A stretch of 63,876 nucleotides of DNA, filler included, from Lophium mytilinum (Eukaryota), in NCBI GenBank assembly GCA_010093605.1. It is 17 parts of 12 records of this genome, joined end to end, with 100 filler letters (N's around TTAATTAATTAA, not from the genome) between each part and the next. Parts side by side here need not be neighbours in the genome. Positions count along the whole stretch, not along the records: positions 1 to 4,948 come from MU004204.1; positions 5,049 to 24,178 come from MU004205.1; 15 more parts are not named here. One strand, given 5' to 3'. Numbering within the stretch: position 1 is the stretch's first letter; each line of letters starts with the position of its first letter. The notes beneath the pieces were generated by a model, which worked only from the letters and a program-made list of their open reading frames with translations, was not told where the DNA came from and did not search any database. Shown piece by piece: positions 1 to 12,300 of the stretch. The translations under genes were made by a program, and so were the position numbers.

Positions 1-791
1 TTAAAGACTATAGCTTACTTTTTTAAACTATAACTCTAAAGCCTATATATAATTATTTCTATTATTTCTATATTTTTTATAGCTAGTATAAATCTTTATA
101 GTAGATATAGTTTTAAGCGCATACTAGTAGTTATATCTAGTTTTTCTAGTTTTAATAGTATAGTATATATTAAAAGTAAGTATTACCTCTTACTAATTTC
201 TAGTATCTAACTTTCTACCGCAGTTACTAGCTATAGTAAAGAACTCTTAACTCTAGGTAAGTACTATCTAGGTAATATAAAAGAAGATACTAAGTTTAAG
301 CGCGTTACTCTCTTCTATAAGGTAAGCGCTAGGCAGTAATATATTACTAGTCTAGTAGAATAGAGTTAATAGGCATCTATTAAGAGTACCGGCGTTATTA
401 AAAAGATAGCTACTAGAGTAAGTACTAGTTATAGAATAGCTATAAGATAGTAATATTAGATATATATTAAGTAGCCTAGGTTAAATTTTATATCTCTCTT
501 AGCTGGCGTAAAATTAGATAATAGCTAGAAGGCGCTAGTTAGGTAGGGAGTTTTATAATATTACTAATTTAGCCGCTTAAGCCTCTTATATATAGTAGAA
601 TTAGTAGCATATATATTAGTAATAACTATACTTAATAAGAATAAGGTAGATAGAGAGTAGATAACTTATAAGAACTAGTAAGTAGTAAGAGTAGAAAACT
701 ATCTTCTTATAGATTATAAGAGTACTTAAGCCTTTTTTTAATAGTTTATACCGCGCTATTAAAAGTAGATTAAGTTCTTTAGCTACTTTTA
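1..791. repeat. Intron-containing gene relic, inverted copy at 35020-35810
   Basis: Reverse-complement match over 791 bp with RIP-type differences. GTAAGT..CTAAC..CAG intron at ~177-224. Confidence 0.9.
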
Positions 792-885
792 TAATAATAC
801 CCTAGTAAAACTCTAGGCCCTATTCTATACCGGGTTAATAGAGAAGCTAAAGGATTATTAAGCCCTTATTAATAGTACTAGAAAT

Positions 886-972
886 TAGGCTAGTAGATAT
901 TTAGCCCTAGAAAGATATTAGCTTATAGGCTAGTAGATATTTAGCCCTAGAAAGATATTAGCTTATAGGCTA
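886..972. repeat. Exact 40-bp tandem duplication
   Basis: TAGGCTAGTAGATATTTAGCCCTAGAAAGATATTAGCTTA x2. Confidence 0.95.
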
Positions 973-1520
973 TATATATTACTATCTAGTATTTATATAT
1001 ATAACCTATAGTAAATATAATAATAACTTAGTATTTTAAATTAAGTATATAGGTATAGAAGACTTCTAGATTACTAATATCTCTAAATTAGTAGCGGGGA
1101 TACTACCTTCTATCTAAGTTGCCGGCGCCTATAACTAGTGCTAGTAGTAACTCTTATACTATAGTCTACCCGGGCTACCTATAGAATATCTAATTATTTT
1201 TAATTATTATTAATTATTTCTAATTATAGTAGCCCTCTACTACTTACTATATTTTAGCTAATGCTTTAGCTATATAGTTCTATATTCTCTAGCTAAGCTT
1301 ATCTTTATATAGATTCTATAGTCTATAATTATCTTACACGTTTAAGTTATTACTACTATTACTATCTCTATTAAGAAGCCTANNNNNNNNNNAGTATATA
1401 GGTACTATCTTAGTTAGTATTATTATCTTTACTAGTATTATACTTAGAGTAGAAGTTATTACTTCTATTATAGCTAAAAGTAGAGTAGTAATAGCTAACT
1501 GCTAGGTAGCTACTTACTTT

Positions 1521-2616
1521 ATAATAGTTAATAGTACTATTAGTAATTAGTTCTTAAATAAATATAGTAAAACCTCTAGCTATATAGTAGTCTATATAAA
1601 AGGTTAGACTATTAATATAGTAGACTTTAGCGGCGTTTTATTTATCCCCCTCCGCACTATTACTAGCCTTAGCCCGGCTAGCCTTAAACTTATCTAGTAC
1701 CTTAGTATAGTACCTAAGAATATTCTTAATATTATATTTACTATACCCTTTTAGTCTACTAGTTATCTTAAAGTTATAAACTTACTTAACTATAACCTAT
1801 ACTAACTTAAATAGGGATAGAAACTAGTTAAAGCAGCCTTAGTAGAAAATATTAATAGTATATAGTTTCTCTAGTAGTATATAATTCTCTATTATTAGAA
1901 CCCGGTACTAATTTAAATATATATAAAGGGGCTTAGTTGCGTCTATAAAGCCCTCTACTATATTATTTATTATATTTACTATATTTAGCGTTATAGGTAA
2001 TACTATAAGTATTTTAGTAGCTATATTATATAATACCTTATAAAACTTCTTATAAGTCTAGGCATTAACCTATTTCTATAATAAGTTAACTAGTATAGTA
2101 TACTAGGCGATATTTTTATATACTATCTAAGTAGTATACTAGCACTTATTATCTAGACTTTACTTCTCTATATTAGAAGTAGTAACCTTAAAATAGAGAA
2201 TATAATTTAGGTCTATATACTTACTTAAAGTATTAATAAAAAAGTAGGTATAGTAGTTATACTAGGGTACTAGTAGATTCTCTATAATTCTAATAAATAG
2301 TAGATTAGTTTAGGTAAAAAGTTTAGCCTTCTATAACTCTAGAAGCGGGGGTATAGTTTATAGTAGGTTTAGAGGCTACTTAAGGCTATAAAATTCTCTA
2401 GCTTATACTTCTATAGATACTAACTTCTCTAAAGTATCTAGTATAGATATAACTAGGTATATCTAGGTAAAACTATTTATTATTATAGCTTTAAACTTCT
2501 TATTAGTATAGATAGTTTTAAATAGAGAGTCTACTTAGCTATAGAATATAATCTAGTATAGCTTATTAGTATATAGTAATCTAAATACTAGAACTATAAA
2601 TATAAGCTATATTTAT
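1521..2616. repeat. Relic of long unknown ORF, inverted copy at 58876-59971
   Basis: Reverse-complement match at both ends and internally over 1096 bp. Confidence 0.9.
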
Positions 2617-3450
2617 NNNNNNNNNNNNNNNNNNNNNNNNNNNNNNNNNNNNNNNNNNNNNNNNNNNNNNNNNNNNNNNNNNNNNNNNNNNNNNNNNNNN
2701 NNNNNNNNNNNNNNNNNNNNNNNNNNNNNNNNNNNNNNNNNNNNNNNNNNNNNNNNNNNNNNNNNNNNNNNNNNNNNNNNNNNNNNNNNNNNNNNNNNNN
2801 NNNNNNNNNNNNNNNNNNNNNNNNNNNNNNNNNNNNNNNNNNNNNNNNNNNNNNNNNNNNNNNNNNNNNNNNNNNNNNNNNNNNNNNNNNNNNNNNNNNN
2901 NNNNNNNNNNNNNNNNNNNNNNNNNNNNNNNNNNNNNNNNNNNNNNNNNNNNNNNNNNNNNNNNNNNNNNNNNNNNNNNNNNNNNNNNNNNNNNNNNNNN
3001 NNNNNNNNNNNNNNNNNNNNNNNNNNNNNNNNNNNNNNNNNNNNNNNNNNNNNNNNNNNNNNNNNNNNNNNNNNNNNNNNNNNNNNNNNNNNNNNNNNNN
3101 NNNNNNNNNNNNNNNNNNNNNNNNNNNNNNNNNNNNNNNNNNNNNNNNNNNNNNNNNNNNNNNNNNNNNNNNNNNNNNNNNNNNNNNNNNNNNNNNNNNN
3201 NNNNNNNNNNNNNNNNNNNNNNNNNNNNNNNNNNNNNNNNNNNNNNNNNNNNNNNNNNNNNNNNNNNNNNNNNNNNNNNNNNNNNNNNNNNNNNNNNNNN
3301 NNNNNNNNNNNNNNNNNNNNNNNNNNNNNNNNNNNNNNNNNNNNNNNNNNNNNNNNNNNNNNNNNNNNNNNNNNNNNNNNNNNNNNNNNNNNNNNNNNNN
3401 NNNNNNNNNNNNNNNNNNNNNNNNNNNNNNNNNNNNNNNNNNNNNNNNNN

Positions 3451-4455
3451 NAATATTTAAACTTAAGACTAGATATATATTAATTATTATTAATTATTAA
3501 ATATTACTACTAACTAATATATAGCTAGGTCTATACTTTCTTAAGTTTCTACCCCCTAGTATCCGCCCGGCTAAGAAACACCCCCGCTATAGTAAGCCTA
3601 AGGCTACTATAGCTAAAGGTCTATCTAAATCTACTACTACTAACGCTCTAGATAAAATAATTATTAACTTAACTATAAGTCTAGATATATACGCGGCTAA
3701 TATAAATAAAGTTAATTCTACCGCGGAGTAGAATAAAGGGGAGAAGCGGAAATAGCTAGTAGATATAGTAAAAGAAGAGAAAGAAAAGAAGAAGAAAGAG
3801 CTAGTAGAAATAGTAAAAGTAGAAAGAGAAAAGAAAGAGAAAGAGAAGAAGAAGAAAGAGTTAGTAGAGAAAGAGCTAGTAGAGAAAGTACTAGTAGAGA
3901 AAGCGCTAGTAAAAATAGTAAAAGTAGAGAAAAAAAGAAAGAAAAAAAAGATAAAGAAGAAAGAGATAAAAAAGAGAGAGCTAGTAGATATAGTAATAGC
4001 GGAGAAGGCTAAAAAGTAAATAAAATAGAAGAAGAGAGAGCTAGCTAAAACTATAACTAAAGAGAAAGTAAAGAGGTAGAAATAGCTAGAAGAGATAGTA
4101 GAGTAAGAGAAATAAAGAAAGTAGAAACTACTAGTAGAAAAAAAGATATAGAAGCTATAAATAGAGAAGAAAGTATTACTAATTTAATAGATATTTAATA
4201 TTATCTAGCTATATACTAAGTTAATATGTAATTTTATTTAGCCTAGTATTATTTATAATAAGGTTATATAGTAGCTTAAAGCGCTTAGGCCTAGAACTAC
4301 TTAGTACCTAACTATTTAAAAATAACTCTATGCGCTTATAGTTACTATAGAGAGTAGCTAGACTATCTCTAGTAATACCTAAGTTATAGAAAATATAGTA
4401 ATTAGTAGTATTAATATTATAGCTACACTTAAATTTAATATATATAGTCTTAGTA
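3451..4455. repeat. K/E-rich coiled-coil gene relic, inverted copy at ~43160-44169
   Basis: Reverse-complement match. Includes CTAGTAGAGAAAG-type repeats encoding a charged helix. Confidence 0.9.
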
Positions 4456-5049
4456 AAACTAGACCCTTTATAGATATAAATAAGATAATTATAGCTAATA
4501 TAGAAAAGGTAGATACTATTAATATTACTACTATAATAGCCCTAATATTAAGCTCTATAAAGAATATCTTAGTAGTAGTATTTAAAAAGGTACTATAGTT
4601 TTTTAGTTTACCTCTAATATATAGGAATTTTTCTAGTAATATAACCTTTAAGTTACTAGAAATAACTACTAATCTAAAAATGTATATAGCCCTATACTAG
4701 ATAGCTAGAATATATAGTATTATTTAAGGTCTTACTAGTAGAGCGTGTAGGCTAATTCTTATAGACCCCCCTAGAATAGAAAAAACTCTATAAATATTAA
4801 TAGTATTTACTACTTATACTAGAGAGGCTAGTATTAATACTCTATATTCTAGCAGTATTAAAGGCTATATTATTTAGCTTACTAAGAAGAGTCTACTAAA
4901 TTAGACCTATAAGAAGGTAAAATACTAGCTAGATATTAAATATAAGAANNNNNNNNNNNNNNNNNNNNNNNNNNNNNNNNNNNNNNNNNNNNTTAATTAA
5001 TTAANNNNNNNNNNNNNNNNNNNNNNNNNNNNNNNNNNNNNNNNNNNNT

Positions 5050-6350
5050 ATAATATATACTTTAATACTAAGGCTTACTACTCTTTAAAGGTAATAATAA
5101 AAATAACCCTTTTAAATTTCTATTCTAGCTTAGTAATATATATTTCTACTCTATATAGCTTTATTATAAAGCTATTTAAGTTATATAAGATTCTATAAGA
5201 GAAATCCTATTAAAGTTCTATAATACCTACTTTTATACTTAGGCCTATTACTACCTAAAATAAGGAATTAGAATTAACCCTTAAAAATTTATTTATCCAC
5301 CTAAGACTAAAACCTTTAACTACTAATACTAAAAAATACTAGATGCCTAAATTTTAGAAGGGTATAATTAGTAGAAACTTTTATATACTATAAAGACTTT
5401 AACTTAAGCTATTCTTAGTAGTATCTTAAAACCTAGATAACTATATAACTAAAAATAATAATCTAGTACTTTTAAGTTTCTTTATTATTAACTAGACTCT
5501 ATCTAGATAGCTAAGGGCGTTTTAAAAGGTATCTATTAGTAGTTATAAAGAAGTATAAACCCATAATTTTTTTTTAATTTTATAGCTATACTATTAACTT
5601 CTTACTCCTTTTATAAATAACTAGCAAGCTAAATTACACTTAAACTAAGAATTTAGAATAATTAAGCGAGTTAAATTTAGCCTAATTAATACCCCCCCTA
5701 ATATCTTTATCTACCTATATATAGTTTCTATAGTAAAATATTAACTTTTAAAGCTTTCTAGTAAATATAAGTAATAGATATTAACTTACGGGTCTTAAAA
5801 CTAGTTAGAAGGGCCAGCATCTTTAGTAGAATAGAGAGTAGAAGAGTTGGAAGGGAAAAAAAAGCTAGAATAGCTATTTTTAATAGAAGCCTTCTCCTTT
5901 TCCTTAAGAGAAGTAAGGGGTTTTTTAGCAGTAGTAGTAGCAGTTAGAAGCTCTAATTAAAGTATAAATTAGCCTAATATAAAAGGTAAAAAAGGGTTAA
6001 AAAATAAGTACTTACTTACTTCTAAATTACAAATTTCTCTAGTATAGTATTTACCTAGAATTTGCAATTAAACTTCTAAATTTATAGAAATTCTTTCTAG
6101 CGTCTTAACCCTTCTAAAAAAGAAGATTAGTATACTAGAGAGTATATAAAAGGGTTTACATTAGAGGGAAAGTTAAAAAAGTTAATAGAAAATAGTAAAC
6201 TTACTTCTTTAACTTATACTCTCTAGGTTTAGTTTTACTCCCCTTAGGTCTTCCACCCTTTATAGTAGATTTCTGCACTTTAAAAGCGCAAGAAATTATT
6301 AGAATAATTACTTAAGGTAAAAGAGCTCTTATCTTTTATTATTAGAAGAA
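5050..6350 (-). pseudogene. Unidentified multi-intron gene relic with GRPKGS (AT-hook-like) motif
   Basis: Several minus-strand GTAAGT donors (~5785, ~6015, ~6200) and translation SCAFKVQKSTIKGGRPKGSKTK. Confidence 0.35.
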
Positions 6351-7944
6351 AGAGAAGAGAGTTAGATAAAAGAATAAAGAGTTATCTTAGTATTCTTTTA
6401 TATCTAATAATTCTACTAAGATAGAAAGCTCTAATTAGCAATAAAATTAGTATTAGGCGTTAGCTAAGAGTAAGTCTAAAGCTTAGAAATATAGATTAAT
6501 AATAGAGTAGATCTAGATACCTTAAAATTATAAATATTTAATAATCTATAAAGCTAACCTCTACTTCTAGAAAATCTAGCTCTTAAGCTAAGAAAGTTAA
6601 AACTTATCTACTACCTATTTAAGTATAAAGTGCGGATAAATTGGCATATAGTATAGAAACTCTTACTTAGTACTAATTAGGTATAGCTATTACTAGAAAG
6701 AGTAGATTTAGGGTTAATTCTAGAGTAAAGCTATTAAGATAAGGATTACACTAGAATAATACTCTAAACTAGCGCATTTTTCACGCCTTATAAAATTAGC
6801 ATCTATTCTAAGCCTAAAAAGGTAATATAGGTATTTTATATAGAGTAGATTATAAGTAGTCTTAAAGTATAACCCTTATATTTATAGCACCTTTAAATCT
6901 CTAGAAAAGTAAAATTATAGTAGATAATAGCTATTTTTTATTAATACTATTAGCTATATCTAACTCTATTAACTAAAAGACTTATATATATATAGACCTA
7001 TAATAGCTTTATATATTATATAAGTAGTAAGAGTTTATATCTAATAAGTAGGCTAATATAAATTTAATAAAAAAAAGATACTTACTTACTAAACCTAAGT
7101 ACCCTAGCTATTATAGTAATTAACTAATACTAGTTATTATTAATAAAAAAGTATATAGATACTCTAGTATACTATATATATACTTTATAGCTATAGGCCT
7201 ACTCTATAGACTAAGTAAANNNNNNNNNNNNNNNNNNNNNNNNNNNNNNNNNNNNNNNNNNNNNNNNNNNNNNNNNNNNNNNNNNNNNNNNNNNNNNNNN
7301 NNNNNNNNNNNNNNNNNNNNNNNNNNNNNNNNNNNNNNNNNNNNNNNNNNNNNNNNNNNNNNNNNNNNNNNNNNNNNNNNNNNNNNNNNNNNNNNNNNNN
7401 NNNNNNNNNNNNNNNNNNNNNNNNNNNNNNNNNNNNNNNNNNNNNNNNNNNNNNNNNNNNNNNNNNNNNNNNNNNNNNNNNNNNNNNNNNNNNNNNNNNN
7501 NNNNNNNNNNNNNNNNNNNNNNNNNNNNNNNNNNNNNNNNNNNNNNNNNNNNNNNNNNNNNNNNNNNNNNNNNNNNNNNNNNNNNNNNNNNNNNNNNNNN
7601 NNNNNNNNNNNNNNNNNNNNNNNNNNNNNNNNNNNNNNNNNNNNNNNNNNNNNNNNNNNNNNNNNNNNNNNNNNNNNNNNNNNNNNNNNNNNNNNNNNNN
7701 NNNNNNNNNNNNNNNNNNNNNNNNNNNNNNNNNNNNNNNNNNNNNNNNNNNNNNNNNNNNNNNNNNNNNNNNNNNNNNNNNNNNNNNNNNNNNNNNNNNN
7801 NNNNNNNNNNNNNNNNNNNNNNNNNNNNNNNNNNNNNNNNNNNNNNNNNAGTATTTAGAGTTACTATATATAGTACTACTTAGTATATACTATATATTTA
7901 TTAAAGAGTTCTATTCTAGTAATAATTAGATGGGGGTAATCTAC

Positions 7945-8675
7945 TATTATAAACTGCCCGTTTACCTAAAGATTATACTAAGGGACTTTAGGGGGAGAGT
8001 CTAGACGGTTAAGTTTCTACTTACCTGCTAGTTAACTGCGTTACGGGCTAATACGTAATACGAGGTTTAAGTATAAATAAGTAGAATATTAGAAGGGAGG
8101 TGGCTTTAATAGTATTAGAAGTATATAAAGATAGTTAAGATACTTAAGTTATAATTAATTGCCGTTAAGTTCTATATGCTAGATATAATAAGAAGTTAAG
8201 TATAAAGAATAAAAGATAATAGGGAATCCTCTAGACTCTTATAGTTATTTAACCTTTATATAATTTAGTCCTGCTCTCTCTATTCTCCCTAATCTCTATT
8301 CTTAATGCAAGATTACTAAGATTATAGAGATTACTCTCTACTCTCCTTAATCTTACCCTTAGCGTTTATACTAAGTAAGATCTGGAAGATTAGTTACGTA
8401 ACCTTATATTCTATAACTACTACCTTTTCTAGTTATCTTTCTACTATTCTTTAAATACCCTCCTATATATAGATATAGCTAGAACTGCATCTATCTTACT
8501 ATACTAGATCTCCTTAGGTTCTAGTACCTCTATTCTAGGACTATACTTATTCTAGGATATTTATTCTAGAATAGCCTATATTCTAGTATACTATTAGTCC
8601 TAGAATATCTATTTTAGAGCTGTCCTTCTTCTAGGACGCTTATTTTAGGATAGCTTGCGTTTTAGGTTTATAACA
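7945..8675 (-). repeat. 3' LTR of gypsy element
   Basis: Colinear with 14890-15620; the differences I saw are C/T and G/A transitions. Ends TAACA. Contains internal TATTCTAGGA-like repeats. Confidence 0.95.
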
Positions 8676-8690
8676 CTTACTCCCCCTATA
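8676..8690 (-). promoter_or_regulatory. Polypurine tract
   Basis: Minus strand reads AGGGGGAGTAAG immediately before the 3' LTR. Confidence 0.8.
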
Positions 8691-8795
8691 AGGCTTTTAG
8701 CCTAAAAGTTAATCTATACTATCTTAGTTCTATATAAGGCCGGGGATGCCCCTGCGCTTTTAAGGTAGTATTCTCTACTCTTTCTTCTTCTCGCC

Positions 8796-9377
8796 ATGCC
8801 TAAGGTTAAAACCTTAACTATCTATTGCAAATATCTAGCCTCTAAGATTTATAATTATAATTATAATATGCTAACCCCCTATAGAAACTATTAGCGCTTC
8901 TATTAGTACTATCTAGTAGATACTATATCTAGTTAGTGCTCTAAGTGCCTTAATTATAACCTAAAGTCCTGTAATCTAGTAGTAACTAAGGAATACTAGA
9001 CTTAAGTTAAAAAAGTAGAGGCTAAGCTCTAGGCTTAGCTAGTTACTATAGAGGCGGCTGTACTTACTTATAAAGAGGCAGAGTAAGTAGTACTTACGCG
9101 TAAGATTTATATTTAAAAGTAACTCTAGCTTCTTAAGTATTACTATAAGAAGATATTTAAGCGGAAGCTTACTTCTATTAAGAAGTTAGAGAATTTAGAA
9201 GAGGCGGAGAAGCTAGCCGCCGCCTAATTCTCTAGATAGCTATCGCCCGGGTCCTCTAACCTGCTGGCGAACGTTAATTAGGCTGCCCTAGGGTCTCCCT
9301 CTACCTAGAATCTAGCGCTGCTAGATTCCTTTAGTAAAACTGGTTTACTAATTATTAGCAGTTTCTTAGGTTCTTAA
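8796..9377 (+). pseudogene. Antisense accessory ORF in gypsy element (six-Cys cluster plus coiled coil), RIP-damaged
   Basis: TATATAA at ~8731 and GCCATG start. Translation PYRNY*RFY*YY...CSKCL..NLKSC gives a PCxxC..C..CxxC..C pattern if TAT codons are reverted to TGT. An E/K/A/L-rich helical tract follows. Confidence 0.6.
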
Positions 9378-12300
9378 TAGGTTTCTAGGTATTCTAGTCT
9401 ATTTTCTATTCTTTCTACCTAACTAAGTACTTCTACTAATTATTAATCTTCTATAGTTCTAAGATTTCTTTAACTTTATATTTATTCTTCTTCTTAAGTT
9501 GCATAGCAGTTTAGAGTTTAGCGTTTACTAGTGCTAGTTTAAGTAGTAATACGTGGAATACTAGGTAGATTTTTATATTCTTTAGTAGTTTTAGTTTATA
9601 GTTTATAGAACTAATAACTTTATTAACTTTAAATAGTCCTATTTAAATATAATTAAGTTTTTTGCTAGGTCTTCTAGTCTTAAGGTTTTTTTAGTGTAGG
9701 TAAACCTTATCCCCCTCCTTAAAGGTTAGTCTATTTAACTATTTCTTATCTATATATGCCCGAGTTATCTTATTTCTAGCCTAAATACTTTAGTTAAGGT
9801 ATGCATGTAAGTTTCTTAGTAATACCGCCTTTTCTATTACTATTTACGCGTTTATTATATCTTCCCTAGCTTTCTAATATGCCTCTAGCTTGTAGCCGTA
9901 GTTTGCATAGAATGGGGACTCGCTAGTTATAGCTAATTTAGCGCTGTTATAGGTAAACTATGCTATAGATAGCAGTTCTACCTAGTTATTCTACTAATAG
10001 TTAACGTAGTTTTATAGGTACTATTTAAGAGTCTAATTTATTTATTCTATCTATCTATCTATCTATAGGTAGAAACTTATTAAGAGCTTATAGTTTACCC
10101 CTAACCTCGCTATAAGAGTCTTCTAGAAGTGTAAAATAAAGAGTTTATCTCTATTAGTAATAAATTCCTTAGGTAGCTAGTAGCTGCTTAGTAGGATTTA
10201 TAGTACTATATAAGCTAGCTTAGCTGCGCTATATATTTTTTATACTAGCATAAAGTATAAGAATTTAGTAAGTTAATTAATAAGCACTAAAATTAAGTTG
10301 TAGCTTATATTAGTTTCTAGTTCTACTAATAGGGGTAACTTTATAATAAAGTCTATTATTACTAAATTCTATAGTTATTTAGGAACCCTTAGATTCTAAA
10401 GTAATCTATAGAGTGCGTATCTTACTATTCTATTTTTCCCGCAGTCTTTATAGTTCTTAATTACTTCTTTTACTATTACTCTTATCTAGGGAAACTAGTA
10501 GTTCCTTAAGAGTCTCTCTAAGGTTTTTTCTTATTCTTAGTATCTATGCATTAGCGCGCTATAGTATTTCTTAGTAAGTTTCTTATAGTATACTTTTAGT
10601 ACCTATAACATTCTCTTTATTAGGTGTATCTAGTTGCTGTCTTTATCTAAGATTATAGAAGCGTTATATTGGAAGGCCTCTACGTATCCATCTTCTTTCT
10701 AGAATTTATCTATCTAAGCGTTGCTTATCTTAAGTATTACTGCTAGTTTTAGATTATTATATTATAAGGTGCTGTCTATAGCCCTTGCAAGTACTATATT
10801 ATATACTAGTTTAGTACCAAGTATATAGTCTAATTAGCGGCTAAGCGTATCTATAGCTCTATTCTCTAATCCTTTCTAGTAATAGATTTTAAAGTTAAAT
10901 AAGGCTAGTATCTCTACCTATCTTACTTATTATCTATTTAACTACTTTATAGTAGTAAAGGCCGTAAGGTTTCTATAGTTAGAGTAGACTATTACCTAGT
11001 ATTTTAGTCCTTTAAGGTAGGGTCTCTATTACTTAAATGCTACTATAATTACTAATAACTCCTTATTATAGATATTATAGTTAAGTTCTTCTAGAGTAAG
11101 TTTTCTTAAATAGAATGCTATTAGTTAGCGTTTTCTATCTAGGTGCCTCTAACTTAAGTAAGCGCCTATAGCATAGTCTAAGGCGTCTGCCTTAACCGTT
11201 ATTTCTAGTTCCGGGTTAAACATTATTAGAATTAGGGCGGTGGTAAACTTCTCCTTAAGTTTATTAAACGTAGTCTACGTTTCTGCCGTCTATTAAAATT
11301 TCTTATCTTTCTTAGTTATCTCTATAAGGGGTGCGGTGGTTTTTAAATATCTCTAAATAAACTTCCTATAGAAGTTTATAAAACTAAGAAATAACTATAT
11401 ATTCTTTACATTTTATAGTATTAGCTATTCCAAGACCGCTGCAGTCTTCTTTAGGTCTATCTTAATTCTATTGCGGGAGATAATAAAGCTAAGGAAGTCT
11501 ATTATTATAATATAAAACTTACTTTTATCTAGGTATACTAGAAGTCTAAACTCTTACAGCTTTATAAGTACTTTTTATATATATTTCTTATATTCTTCTA
11601 AGGTTTTATTAGTGTATACTAATATATTATCTAGATATACAGTTATAAATACATTAAGATATTATTATAGCGCGTAGTTAATAAGCGCTTAGAATATTAC
11701 TAGGGCGTTAGTTAAGCTAAAGGGCATTACCCTATACTTATAGAGTCTAAACCTTATTCTAAAGGCTATCTTCTACTCTTTACCGGGCATTATTCTAACA
11801 CAGTAATATCCCTCTCGGATATTAAACTTAGTAAACTACTTAGCTCCTTATAAGTAGTCTTGCAACTCCTAGATAAGTAGTAATAGGTAGTAATTCTTAA
11901 TTATTATATTATTTAGTCTTTAATAGTCTATGCATAGTTATAGTTTCCCGTTCTTCTTAGGTATAAAGAGAATTAGTAAGGCTATTAGGCTCTTACTTTT
12001 CTTAATATAGCTCTTAGCTAGGTTTATCTTAATATATTCTTGCAGCGCCTTATACTAATCTTAAGATAATAAATAGATAGGTCCCGGGGTTAGCTTTACC
12101 CCTTTCTTAAGTAGTATTATATAGTTCTATAGTTAGTTCTAAGGTAGCGCGTTCTTAATATTCTTCTTAAAGAGTTCCTTAAACTCTAAGTAGTCCTTTT
12201 ATAGTATCTCTATAACTACTTCTTTAACAGTAGCCATTTATTATAGCTAGATAATTTCTATATCTACTAGTTATTTATTATAGATCCTCTTAATCTTATA

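Noticed and set aside
4993..5004. TTAATTAATTAA islands inside N runs, recurring many times (e.g. 24223, 27848, 34964, 62131)
   Set aside because: Artificial contig spacer with stops in all six frames; not biological.
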